Source of the DNA: Acidimicrobiia bacterium
GTDB lineage: Bacteria; Actinomycetota; Acidimicrobiia; Spongiisociales; Spongiisociaceae
DNA: 64,000 nt
Direction: 5' to 3'
Assembly (NCBI GenBank): GCA_041576165.1
Contig: JBFGLM010000003.1
Span: 64,001 to 128,000, forward strand
A program made the translations under genes and the position numbers. Shown here one piece after another: positions 1-9,471 of this stretch. Under the pieces are notes generated by a model that made no database searches, had not been told where the DNA came from, and was given only the letters and a program-made list of their open reading frames with translations. How positions within the stretch are numbered: position 1 is the stretch's first letter; each line of letters starts with the position of its first letter.

Positions 1-691
1 TCTCACCGGTGAGCGCGATCAACTCGAACCGCTCCTCGATGTGTACGAGAAGTGCGTCGCTGTCTGGTGCCCAGTCGACGTACATAGGTGCGCCAGTGCC
101 GATGATGGCCGCCGCCTGGCCGGCCTGAGCTACCGCCAGCTGCATCTCGCCCCAGAAATCGTTACCCATGAACGCGACCGACGCACCGTCCGGTGACCAG
201 GCGAGGTACTGGGCTTGGATCGGGGAATCAGCACGGCTTTGCTCGGCGCCGTCGGCCGACGCGATCACCAGCTGGTAAGAGTCCTCGCCGATCTCTTCGG
301 TCCATGCAATCCGACTGCCGTCCGGCGACCACGTCGGCTGCGCGCGCCGGACATCGTTGGCCGGAGCGATGACCACCGGCCGGCTGCCGTCGGGTTGTAC
401 GGTGAAGATGGACCAGTCCCTTCCCAAAACCAGAATCCGCCCGGCGACATCTCGCACCCGCATGTGGTCGGCTTCAGACACGACATCAAGGCTCGGGGTA
501 GTTGTCGGCGCCGGCGTTGTCGCCGGCGGATCGAAATCCGGCAGCGCCGTCTGTTCAGGAGGGCGCTGGTTCGTGCAAGCGGCCGCGGCGAGGGCAACGA
601 CGAGGATGGCGGCGCTGATCCTCGAGCGCGGTCGGGGGCGGCCACCGGACGAGGTGGGGACGCCCAACCCGGGAATGGTCTGGCGCTCCAT
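1..691 (-). CDS. TolB-like/PD40-repeat lipoprotein, partial (runs off the window start)
   Basis: Not in the ORF track. Manual translation from ATG 691 gives MERQTIPG...AILVVALAAAACTNQ (lipobox), a Pro/Thr linker, then the PD40-type repeat AQPTWSPDGSRIAW, with a second similar repeat further on. Confidence 0.75.
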   Translation of the reverse strand, partial: MERQTIPGLGVPTSSGGRPRPRSRISAAILVVALAAAACTNQRPPEQTALPDFDPPATTPAPTTTPSLDVVSEADHMRVRDVAGRILVLGRDWSIFTVQPDGSRPVVIAPANDVRRAQPTWSPDGSRIAWTEEIGEDSYQLVIASADGAEQSRADSPIQAQYLAWSPDGASVAFMGNDFWGEMQLAVAQAGQAAAIIGTGAPMYVDWAPDSDALLVHIEERFELIALTGE

Positions 692-693
692 GG

Positions 694-1758
694 TCAAGCT
701 ATCGGCACCGGAGCGCCGATCCGTACGGATTCGTCGATGGCGAGCGTCACGGCCAGCGTGCGTCGGGCCTCGGCGGCGGTCGGAATGTGACAAGGGCCGC
801 CGGCGGTCAAATGATCGAGCCATGCCCTGGTTTCGTCTGCCACGCGTCCGAACATTGTTCCCCCCGCCCATTCACCCGAGGTCCGGCTGCCCAGGTACGC
901 CAGGTTGAGCCGTTGATCGACATAGTCGTTCGAATAGCCGTGCTCGGTGTACAGCACCTGATCCCCGTGGTCCTCTGTAATGAACAACGCGCCGTCGGTA
1001 CCGATTAGTTCAATCCTCGTGGCGAGGCCCGCGATCGGATAGCCGGCCGGAAGCGAATAACTGGTGCCGAAACTGACCACAGCCCCGTCCTCGTACGTCA
1101 CGAGTGCAAATGTGGCGTCGTCGGCCGCGTAGCCCTCACTTCGCAGAATCTTTCCGTGGCCGCGGGCAACGACCTCGACCGGCGGCGCAGGGTGATACCA
1201 GCCGAGCACGTCGATCAGATACGTCAGGATGTCGGCTGCCGGGGTGGCGGACGGTGACCGGTCGAGAATCGCTCGTCCGACCGCAATCGTGTCGTAGGTT
1301 CGGGCCAGACCGCCAACGATCTGACCGACCCTGCCTGCCGACAGCTGTTCTTTCGCCACCGCGTAGCGCTGTGCGTAACGCATGGAGTACGCCACCCGAA
1401 GCTGGCCGTCGTCGGCCGCCTGCAGCAGGCGGTCGGCGTCCTCGAGGGTGAGCGCCAGCGGCTTTTCGACGAGAGTCACACATCCGGCGCTGAGCGCCGC
1501 CAGCACCGGCTCAACGTGGCGGCCTTCCGGTGTGGACACGATCGCAACCCTGATGTCGGGCAGGCTGAGGGTCTGGTGCACATCGGCACTCCAGTGATCG
1601 GCTCTGATCTCCTCGGCCAGGCGGCGGGCCGCAGCGGGATCGACGTCGACCACGGCCAGGAACCCGACCCCGGCGTGCTGGGCGGCCAATCGAGCGCGAT
1701 GACGCCCGATCTTGCCCGCTCCCACCACTGCCAGACCGACCGGGGCGGACCTCTCCAT
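694..1758 (-). CDS. Gfo/Idh/MocA family oxidoreductase
   Basis: GAGKIG Rossmann motif and the VEKP motif; 354 aa. Confidence 0.9.
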   Translation of the reverse strand: MERSAPVGLAVVGAGKIGRHRARLAAQHAGVGFLAVVDVDPAAARRLAEEIRADHWSADVHQTLSLPDIRVAIVSTPEGRHVEPVLAALSAGCVTLVEKPLALTLEDADRLLQAADDGQLRVAYSMRYAQRYAVAKEQLSAGRVGQIVGGLARTYDTIAVGRAILDRSPSATPAADILTYLIDVLGWYHPAPPVEVVARGHGKILRSEGYAADDATFALVTYEDGAVVSFGTSYSLPAGYPIAGLATRIELIGTDGALFITEDHGDQVLYTEHGYSNDYVDQRLNLAYLGSRTSGEWAGGTMFGRVADETRAWLDHLTAGGPCHIPTAAEARRTLAVTLAIDESVRIGAPVPIA

Positions 1759-1803
1759 GGTCAGAAAACCGGCGAACGGCCCGACATCGGCCGGTTGATC
1801 ATT

Positions 1804-2868
1804 TCAGTGGGCCGCCGCTCGGTGGGCCCGCAGCGGGTCACGCCCGAAATCTCGTTTCGGGTCCCGCCAGACTGCGTGTACATGATTTCCCGCGTCCTGC
1901 ACGCAGTCGTATTCAACGAGAAGGGTGGGCCCGTGCAGGCGGTAGTAGTGGGGGTCTTCCTCGACATCTGAGCCAGCCCAGGCGAAATGGATCTCGTCGA
2001 GGCCGGCGGCTTCGAGCTTGGCCATCTCACGTTCGGCGGCAGGTTCCGGCAGTCGGGTCACGTAGATCGCGATCAGATCGTCGAGCAACGCCCGCTGCCC
2101 GTCAGCGAGATCCCGGCGGGGTAGGCCGGTGGGAGCGGCGAGATCGAGCGTGAGTGCGTCCTTTTCGTGATCGGCCAAGGAGGAGATCAGCTGCTGGAAG
2201 ATCCCCAGCGGGTGGACATGGTCGCCCGGGCGCATCACCTCCGGCAACTCGGGCAGGCGCTGCGCCACGATGTCGATCGGAGCCGGCGCATCGAGCACCG
2301 CCCGGTCGCGCTGGTCGAGATCGAGCGAAGCGAGCAATGCCCGCGCCGCATCCTCCTCCGGGGCGCAGGCTCGGGTGACGGGATACCCGCCCTTCGTCAC
2401 CCGGGCCGGGTTGGCTCCCAGGAACAGCGGAGTCGACGACACCAGTTCGCCGTCGATGATCACGTTGTTGAGCGAGACGTGGTGGCCCTCGAACTGCCAT
2501 GACCAAGTCCCGGATTCCCCAGGCTCCCCGAAGACCGTGATCCAGTAGCGGAGCGGATCCCGCAGCGAGGTGCGCGTGTATTGCTCGTGGGCGTCGAGCG
2601 GAATATCGAGAGCCATGATGGCCGCGATCTGGGCCAGCGTTGCGTAGTCAACACCGGTCGCGACGAGACGCATTGCCAGTTTCCGTTGCTCGAAGCCCAG
2701 CAGATGCAGTCCGATGCCCGGATAGCTGTCTCCGCTCATTTCACGCGGCCAGTACATCCACAGCTCCCGGCGCCTGTCGTCGAACGGGAGCAGAACCAAC
2801 GCCCGCTCGGCGTCGGTCAGCTCCTCCAAGAACGCCAGCGCCGCGTGCGTCATCGCTGAGGCCGTCAT
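1804..2868 (-). CDS. DUF3500-domain protein
   Basis: Motifs WSWQFEGHHVSLN, STPLFLGANP and YYRLHGPTLLVEYD...NHVHAVWRDP...DFG are typical of DUF3500. Confidence 0.8.
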   Translation of the reverse strand: MTASAMTHAALAFLEELTDAERALVLLPFDDRRRELWMYWPREMSGDSYPGIGLHLLGFEQRKLAMRLVATGVDYATLAQIAAIMALDIPLDAHEQYTRTSLRDPLRYWITVFGEPGESGTWSWQFEGHHVSLNNVIIDGELVSSTPLFLGANPARVTKGGYPVTRACAPEEDAARALLASLDLDQRDRAVLDAPAPIDIVAQRLPELPEVMRPGDHVHPLGIFQQLISSLADHEKDALTLDLAAPTGLPRRDLADGQRALLDDLIAIYVTRLPEPAAEREMAKLEAAGLDEIHFAWAGSDVEEDPHYYRLHGPTLLVEYDCVQDAGNHVHAVWRDPKRDFGRDPLRAHRAAAH

Positions 2869-3047
2869 GCACTTCCTCCGCCTTCACGCCGGCCGGCTAC
2901 AGCTCCAAATGCCGCACCGGCGCCGGCCCCGAGGCCAATCCAGCCCGGCTGGTTGGTGACGGCAAACAGCGCCGCCCCAACTCCCGCACCGACCGCGACC
3001 GCAACGCCGATCTTTTTGGTCCGTTTTGCATCCGACATCTCAGCCAC
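2865..3047 (-). CDS. Small Gly/Ala-rich membrane protein
   Basis: 60 aa with two hydrophobic segments; ATGA overlap with the downstream gene. Confidence 0.55.
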   Translation of the reverse strand: MAEMSDAKRTKKIGVAVAVGAGVGAALFAVTNQPGWIGLGAGAGAAFGAVAGRREGGGSA

Positions 3048-3087
3048 CTTGGTTACACGCCCGCCGCCGGCACCCTACCGACCCCAC

Positions 3088-4833
3088 TCAGGTCGCGGGA
3101 GGGATCACCGGGGCGAGCACAAATGCCGGGTGGTCGGGTCCGAGGTGCAAGGTCGTCGTGCCTCCAAAGATCTCCTTGGGGCGATCGCGGGGATCGTCGT
3201 GCAGGAACGGACCGCACCCCTTCAGCTCGTTCTTGAAGTTCGACAACCGCAGTCCGCTGGTGTCACCATCCCATTCGTAGTCGCGGCCCAAAACGCTGAG
3301 TGCAATGGTGTATCCGGCCGGGACCACGATCGACGTCGGCCAGATCTCGACGTCTAGCTCGTACACGTCTCCCGGCGTCAACGGCTGGTGTTCGTCATGC
3401 GTGTGATACGGGCGCCATGGCTCGCTCAAATCGAGGTCCAATTTGCGATGCGAAGCCCGCAACCAGCCCTGCGCAACCGGCGTGTGCGGATCGATCGCGC
3501 CCTGGAACACCACTTCCTCCCCGGCGGGATCGAAAACCCGGAATACCAGGAACAGGTCGGCGTCTTCCGTCGACGAGGAAACCCACAGCTTGGCTGCCAA
3601 CGGGCCCGTGAACTCGGTGGCAGCTGCCAGCGGTTCACTTCGGAAAGTGACGCCCTCTCCGAGCGCCTCGAAGCTCACGCTGGTGCCGGACGCCGGCGGC
3701 TCGCTGCTGAGACGCATGCCATCCGGCTCGAGGTAATAGCGGGTCCACTCGGTCCTTGGGATCGGCCAATCGACCTCGGCCCGACCTTCAAACCGCCCCC
3801 CTGGATGGCGGATCTGGAGATACACGCGCGGTTGGTCGCTCCAGCCGCTGGCGTCGCCTCTCAGGAAGTGGTTGAAGAATCGCAGCTGGATTTCCCGGCC
3901 GTAATCGGTGTAGAAGTGTGTCCAGTGCTCAATCCCGTGGGCCTCTAGCCACTTCTCTTCGGACGCAGCTCGGTAGTAACCCTCGAAGTTGCCCCGCGGG
4001 TGCAGTCCCTGGCCGCCCCAGTTGGCCGCCGACAGGAATGGGACAGTGATCTTGTCCCACTGTGGCGAGCGATCCTGGTGGTACTGATCGTCCAACGGAT
4101 GCGCCAGGATTTCGTCGCCAAACGCCGCGCGGTTGGCGGCCAGTTCCTCCTCCGGCAGCATTTCGTCGCCGCATATCAACTGGCCGGTTATGGGGTTGCG
4201 CCCGCCCCCTTCGCCGCGCCCGTATTGCACCGTCTTGACCTGCATGTCATACCAGTTGGCCCAGAACGTGCAAAGGATCCCACCGTGATGCGTCATGTCG
4301 CGATACCAATCGGCTGCCCCCTCCCAAATGCACATCGCAGTCAGACTCGGCGGTTGTAGTGACGCCACGTGCCACTGGTTGATGCCGTAGTAGCTGATGC
4401 CGCTGAGGCCAACCCTGCCATTCGACCACGGCTGGACGGCCGTCCACTCGATGCAGTCGTAGAAGTCCTTCGTCTCCCGGGGCGAAAAGTGGTCGATGTG
4501 ACCGGGAGAGCGGCCCGTCCCCCGGGAGTCGACCCGGACACACGCATAGCCGTGCGGTACCCATTTTTCGGGATCGACCACTTCCCAGTTCTGATATTGG
4601 TTGGTGGAGCCGGCGGTCACATCGGGATGTTGCTCCGCCATGCGCTCCCACGCGCTGGGATAACCGACCTGGAAGGGCAAGCCTTTGGCATAGGGCCCAT
4701 ATGAAAGCAACGAGGGGTAGGCGGCGTCGTCGTCTGGTCGGAAGATGTCAGCGCGCAGCACGAGGCCGTCATCCATCTCGATCTCGACGTCCCAGTCGAT
4801 GCGCATCCCATCTCGGACTTCGGACTTGAACAT
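3088..4833 (-). CDS. CocE/NonD family (S15) alpha/beta hydrolase
   Basis: GISYYG nucleophile elbow, YGPY and DSRGTGRSPG motifs, and a PepX_C-type C-terminal domain. Start reassigned to ATG 4833 (MFKSEVRD), which has a purine-rich RBS. Confidence 0.9.
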   Translation of the reverse strand: MFKSEVRDGMRIDWDVEIEMDDGLVLRADIFRPDDDAAYPSLLSYGPYAKGLPFQVGYPSAWERMAEQHPDVTAGSTNQYQNWEVVDPEKWVPHGYACVRVDSRGTGRSPGHIDHFSPRETKDFYDCIEWTAVQPWSNGRVGLSGISYYGINQWHVASLQPPSLTAMCIWEGAADWYRDMTHHGGILCTFWANWYDMQVKTVQYGRGEGGGRNPITGQLICGDEMLPEEELAANRAAFGDEILAHPLDDQYHQDRSPQWDKITVPFLSAANWGGQGLHPRGNFEGYYRAASEEKWLEAHGIEHWTHFYTDYGREIQLRFFNHFLRGDASGWSDQPRVYLQIRHPGGRFEGRAEVDWPIPRTEWTRYYLEPDGMRLSSEPPASGTSVSFEALGEGVTFRSEPLAAATEFTGPLAAKLWVSSSTEDADLFLVFRVFDPAGEEVVFQGAIDPHTPVAQGWLRASHRKLDLDLSEPWRPYHTHDEHQPLTPGDVYELDVEIWPTSIVVPAGYTIALSVLGRDYEWDGDTSGLRLSNFKNELKGCGPFLHDDPRDRPKEIFGGTTTLHLGPDHPAFVLAPVIPPAT

Positions 4834-4915
4834 GACGCCTTCCCTCTCTCGACGGCCAGCGAACTCCCAGCCCGCCGGTAGCACGCTACCCGCCATCCGC
4901 GGCAGCGGCACGGGC

Positions 4916-4944
4916 TCGCCCTGTCAACAACGGTGACAGGGCGA
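4916..4944. promoter_or_regulatory. Perfect 11-bp inverted repeat in a divergent promoter region
   Basis: TCGCCCTGTCA-acaacgg-TGACAGGGCGA lies between the CocE gene and the XRE regulator. Confidence 0.45.
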
Positions 4945-5147
4945 CTTCGGACTAATTGAGGGAGGTCGCGTATATTTGAGTAACAGTAATGAAGGTTGCC
5001 CCTGCCATCCGGCGAACGCGGATCAATCGGACAAGTGGGAGCGATCCGTCGCGTTGGTGCGGTGTGCCCCGCGATGCACAGGCACCGCCGGAACAGCAGC
5101 CTGGGTCCAGCCGCCCTCAGGGCCCATCGAGGGAAAGGTAGGAGAGT

Positions 5148-5771
5148 ATGGCCGAAATCGAGTGGGCCGATACGGAGCGCGCGCTGGATGCGGGCGAAGC
5201 CGAGCTGGCGAGCGACGCGGACACGACGGTGCAGGCGATTGGTATGCGGATCCGCCAGCTGCGTATGCAACGCGACAAAACCCTGCAGGCCCTCGCCGAC
5301 ATGACCGGGCTCAGCGCATCCCTGTTGAGCTTGGTGGAGCGCGGTAAGACGAGTCCGTCGATCGGCACCCTCGTCTCGGTATCCAGGGCGCTCGGCGTCC
5401 ACATGAGCGACCTGATCACGACCGCCCCTCCGGCCACCAAAGAGCCCATTGTCCGTGCGGAGGACCAGTCGGTTTACCACACCGCCGAAGGCGGCCAGCG
5501 CCGGGTGGTGGCTGACGATCGGGTGCGGGGCCTGGAGATAGCGCTCAATGATTTCAAGCCGGGCGGATCGAGCGCGGACTCTTCATTGCACCACGGTGGC
5601 TACGAATACGGCATCGTGCTCGACGGGGAGCTCACCGTCACATTGGACGGGCAGGAGTACGTCCTACGACCGGGTGACATGATCTCTTACGAATCGACCC
5701 GGCCTCACCGTATCCGCAACACCGGAAAGCGAGCCGCGAAAGCCGTCTGGGTGAACCTCGACCGATCTTGA
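5148..5771 (+). CDS. XRE-family HTH plus cupin transcriptional regulator
   Basis: HTH LQALADMTGLSASLLSLVERGKTSPS followed by the cupin motif HHGGYE...PH. Confidence 0.9.
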   Translation: MAEIEWADTERALDAGEAELASDADTTVQAIGMRIRQLRMQRDKTLQALADMTGLSASLLSLVERGKTSPSIGTLVSVSRALGVHMSDLITTAPPATKEPIVRAEDQSVYHTAEGGQRRVVADDRVRGLEIALNDFKPGGSSADSSLHHGGYEYGIVLDGELTVTLDGQEYVLRPGDMISYESTRPHRIRNTGKRAAKAVWVNLDRS

Positions 5772-5828
5772 TTTCATTTAGATCAAAGGCGTTTGACCCA
5801 TACTGCGGGCAGCTGGCACACTCGCAGC

Positions 5829-6683
5829 GTGAAGCCGGCACCCTTTGCGTACTTTGCACCTGACAGCCTCGAGGGGGCAATAGAGCTCCTCGAGCAACAT
5901 GCGGATGCGAAGATCCTGGCCGGTGGCCAGAGCCTCGTGCCCACGATGAACTTTCGCCTGGCGCGTCCGCCGGTTCTCGTAGACATCAATCGGATCGCCG
6001 GACTCGACTTCGTCGAACCGCGCAATGGGAGTCTTGAGATCGGAGCCCTTGCCCGCCACGCCCGTTTTGAGACCCCAGTTGCTGCCGGTCTATTGGGTTC
6101 ATCCCTGGCACAGATCGCGCGGTATGTGGGCCACCACCCGATCCGCGTGCGGGGGACCTTCGTTGGGAGCCTTGCCCATGCCGACCCGGCGGCAGAATGG
6201 TGTGTGGTTGCGTCGACTCTCGATGCAACCATGGTGGCGCATGGACCGGCGGGCGTCCGGGAGATCCCAGCGGTCGAATTCTTCGAGACCATGTTCTCGA
6301 CGTCGCTGCAGGAGAACGAGGTCCTCGGTTCGGCGCGAATCCCACTCCTGGGCGATGAGCAGCGCGCGGGCTTCGCCGAATTCGCCCGACGGGCCGGTGA
6401 CTTTGCGCTGGTAATGGCGATGGTCGTGCTCACGGCCCAGGATGGCATAGTGTCCGAGGCGCGCATCGGGCTCGGCGGCGTTGCCGACAGGCCGGTTCGG
6501 GCCCACGCGGCCGAGGCCGCCGTCACCGGATTGCCGCTCGACAGGGAGATTGCCCACGCCGCTGCCGCGGCCGCGGCTGAGTCGATCACGCCGCTGGGCG
6601 ACATTCATGGGTCGACGGAATACCGCACCGACCTGATCCGGGCCATGGTGCGCCGGGCGACGCAGCAGGCCGTCGCGTCATGA
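5829..6683 (+). CDS. Molybdenum hydroxylase FAD-binding medium subunit (CoxM/CutM-like)
   Basis: KPAPFAY N-terminus, ILAGGQSL and IRVRGTFVGSLAHADP motifs; GTG start at 5829. Confidence 0.9.
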   Translation: MKPAPFAYFAPDSLEGAIELLEQHADAKILAGGQSLVPTMNFRLARPPVLVDINRIAGLDFVEPRNGSLEIGALARHARFETPVAAGLLGSSLAQIARYVGHHPIRVRGTFVGSLAHADPAAEWCVVASTLDATMVAHGPAGVREIPAVEFFETMFSTSLQENEVLGSARIPLLGDEQRAGFAEFARRAGDFALVMAMVVLTAQDGIVSEARIGLGGVADRPVRAHAAEAAVTGLPLDREIAHAAAAAAAESITPLGDIHGSTEYRTDLIRAMVRRATQQAVAS

Positions 6684-8992
6684 CCTGGGTGGGCTCATCG
6701 ATCAAGCGCAGAGAAGATCGGCCGCTGCTCAACGGCGAAGCCCGATTCAGCGCAGATATCGCCGGGGCCACGGACGCAGTCGCCTTTGTGCGTTCGCCGG
6801 TGCCGGCTGGGGCCATCACAGATGTGGAGGTGCCCGAAAGTGTCGTCGTTTTCACGGGTAACGACTTGGCCGAAGTCGCACCGATCACCCCAATCCTGCA
6901 CCGGCCCGACTACGTGCGCGTACCCCAGCCTGTCATAGCGCGTGATCGGGTCAGCTATGTCGGCGAACCCGTAGCGATGGTGGTGGCGCCCAGCCGGGAG
7001 ATGGCCGAGGACTGGGCAGAAATGGTGTATGTCGACATCGACGAAACCCCACCAGTGCTGGGGCTCGATGCGGCCGAACGGGCTGCGGCAGTTGCACACC
7101 CGTTCCTCGATTCGAACGTGGTCGTGGAGGGCGTTTTCGACACGGGCGATGTCGACTCGCGGGTGGCCGATGCCGCCCGCGTGGTTGACGTTGAGATTCG
7201 CTCACATCGCCAGAACGCCATGCCGCTGGAGACGCGCGGAGCGACCGCCGTATACGACCCGGCCTCTAGTCGCATCACGCTGTGGGCATCTACTCAGATG
7301 CCGCACGTGGTCCGGACCGTGATAGCGGATCTAGTGGGTATGCCCGAATCGCTGCTGCGGGTCGTCGCTCCCGCAGTCGGCGGCGGCTTCGGCCAGAAGG
7401 TCCCGCTACCACCCGAGTACGTTGCGGTGGTGTGGGCTGCCCGAAAGATGAAGCGTTCCGTGGCGTGGGTTGAGGATCGGCGCGAGAACTTCATGTCCTC
7501 GTTCCACGCTCGCGATCAGCGCTACCGGGTGCGCGCGGCCTTTGACGAGGATGCGCGACTGACGGCGCTCGACGCGGAAATTGCCTGTGACGTTGGCGCC
7601 TTCTCGTGCTACCCGATCACCTGGGGGGTCGAACCGCTGATGGCGATGGGTGAGTTGCCAGGTCCCTACGACGTGCAGAGCTACCGGGTACGGTCACGGG
7701 CACTCACCACCAACACCTGCCCGATGTCGCCGTACCGAGGCGTCTCGCGACCGGTGTTGACGCTCACGATGGAGCGCATCATGGATCTGGCCGGAGAGCA
7801 GTTTGGCCTCGGCCCGATCGAGGTGCGAAGGCGCAACCTCGTTGACCGGTTTCCGTACACCTCAGTGACGGGCGTGACGTACGACGAAGGCACCTACGTC
7901 CAAACCATGGACCTTGCGGCCGAGAAGATTGCCCTCGACCGTTTTCGCGAGCGGCAACGGGCGGCCCAGGCCGATGGGCGATACCTCGGGATCGGCTTCT
8001 CGGTCTTCTCGGAGCGAACTGGTTATGGAACCCCCACTTTCGCGGCCCGGGGGATGGACGTTACGCCGGGCTACGAGTCCGTCGACTTGGGGATGGACCC
8101 GTCCGGGCACGTCGAGGTGCGGATCGGGGCGAGCCCCCACGGACAGGGGCTGGTGACCACGCTGAGCCAGCTCGTGGCCGACCGTCTCGGCGTGACCCCC
8201 GAAGATGTGACGGTGGTCCATTCTGACACCGACCGGACACCCTACGGTTGGGGAACCTTTGCTTCCCGCTCGATGGTGATCTCGGGCGGCGCCGCCCGCA
8301 TTGCGGCCGACCGGATGTCGCAGCTGCTGGGCTCGATCGCGGCGGAGCTCCTCGAGGCGAGCGAGGCCGATATCGAGCTGGTCGACGGCCATGCCGTGGT
8401 GCGTGGCACCGACGTCCGGATGCCCATAGCGGATCTCGCTCGAGTGGCGTATCACCAGAGCCACCGGCTCCCGGCCGGAGTCGGGCCGGGCCTGGCGACG
8501 CAGGGCGCGTACGACCCGGCGGGCACATTCTCGAACGCGTGCCACGTGGCGACTGTAGAGGTGGATATCGAGACCGGTGGGGTCAGGTGTGAGCACTTCT
8601 TGGTGGTGGAGGACGCCGGACTGCTCATCAATCCGATGATCGTCGACGGACAGGTGGCCGGCGGCGTGACACAGGGCATCGCCAATGCCCTCTATGAAGA
8701 GGTCGTCTACGACGACGGCGGGAACATCCTCACCACGTCATTGCTCGATTATCTGCCGCCGACCGCGTCCGAAGTGCCGCCGATCGAAATCGTGCACCTC
8801 GAGACCATCACCGACGCGTCACTCACCGGCGCCAAGGGTCTCGGGGAGGGAGGAACCATCGGCGCTCCGGCAGCGGTCATCAACGCTGTCTCCGATGCGC
8901 TCCGGCCGCTGGGAGTGGAGGTATTCGAAATGCCGATAACCCCCGATCGGATTCTCGATCTCATCCGCAGTGCTCGCGGTGCCGAGTCATGA
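6680..8992 (+). CDS. Xanthine dehydrogenase-family molybdopterin large subunit (L1)
   Basis: VGGGFGQK, active-site loop SPYRGVSR, GTFASRS and AKGLGEGG; 770 aa. Confidence 0.92.
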   Translation: MTWVGSSIKRREDRPLLNGEARFSADIAGATDAVAFVRSPVPAGAITDVEVPESVVVFTGNDLAEVAPITPILHRPDYVRVPQPVIARDRVSYVGEPVAMVVAPSREMAEDWAEMVYVDIDETPPVLGLDAAERAAAVAHPFLDSNVVVEGVFDTGDVDSRVADAARVVDVEIRSHRQNAMPLETRGATAVYDPASSRITLWASTQMPHVVRTVIADLVGMPESLLRVVAPAVGGGFGQKVPLPPEYVAVVWAARKMKRSVAWVEDRRENFMSSFHARDQRYRVRAAFDEDARLTALDAEIACDVGAFSCYPITWGVEPLMAMGELPGPYDVQSYRVRSRALTTNTCPMSPYRGVSRPVLTLTMERIMDLAGEQFGLGPIEVRRRNLVDRFPYTSVTGVTYDEGTYVQTMDLAAEKIALDRFRERQRAAQADGRYLGIGFSVFSERTGYGTPTFAARGMDVTPGYESVDLGMDPSGHVEVRIGASPHGQGLVTTLSQLVADRLGVTPEDVTVVHSDTDRTPYGWGTFASRSMVISGGAARIAADRMSQLLGSIAAELLEASEADIELVDGHAVVRGTDVRMPIADLARVAYHQSHRLPAGVGPGLATQGAYDPAGTFSNACHVATVEVDIETGGVRCEHFLVVEDAGLLINPMIVDGQVAGGVTQGIANALYEEVVYDDGGNILTTSLLDYLPPTASEVPPIEIVHLETITDASLTGAKGLGEGGTIGAPAAVINAVSDALRPLGVEVFEMPITPDRILDLIRSARGAES

Positions 8993-9468
8993 GCGAATCG
9001 CGGTTCGACGTCGTCTTGCACGTGAACGGAACCGACTATTCGGTGCGGGTGCCGGCACGGCGCACGCTGGCCGACGCCTTGCGGGATGATTGTGGACTTA
9101 CCGGCACCCACCTCGGCTGCGAGCACGGCGTGTGCGGGGCATGCACGGTCCTGATCGATGATGCCCCCGTGCGGGCCTGTCTCATGTTTGCCGTGCAAGC
9201 GGAGGGCACGTCTATCCGCACGGTCGAGGGACTAGCCGACGGCGAGGAGCTACATCCGATCCAGCAGGCGTTCTGGGAGCATCACGGACTGCAGTGTGGC
9301 TTTTGCACACCAGGCTTTCTGATGCTGGCCGTTGGGTTCCTCGAGTCGGAACCTGATCCCAGCGATGAGCGCCTGGTGGAGATTCTGTCTTCGAATCTCT
9401 GCCGCTGCACCGGGTATCAGAACATCATCACGGCCGTACGCGCCGCCGCCGCCGTCATGCGGGAGTGA
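8989..9468 (+). CDS. Molybdenum hydroxylase [2Fe-2S] small subunit (CoxS-like)
   Basis: CEHGVCGAC, QCGFC and CRCTGY motifs. Confidence 0.93.
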   Translation: MSESRFDVVLHVNGTDYSVRVPARRTLADALRDDCGLTGTHLGCEHGVCGACTVLIDDAPVRACLMFAVQAEGTSIRTVEGLADGEELHPIQQAFWEHHGLQCGFCTPGFLMLAVGFLESEPDPSDERLVEILSSNLCRCTGYQNIITAVRAAAAVMRE

Positions 9469-9471
9469 GCG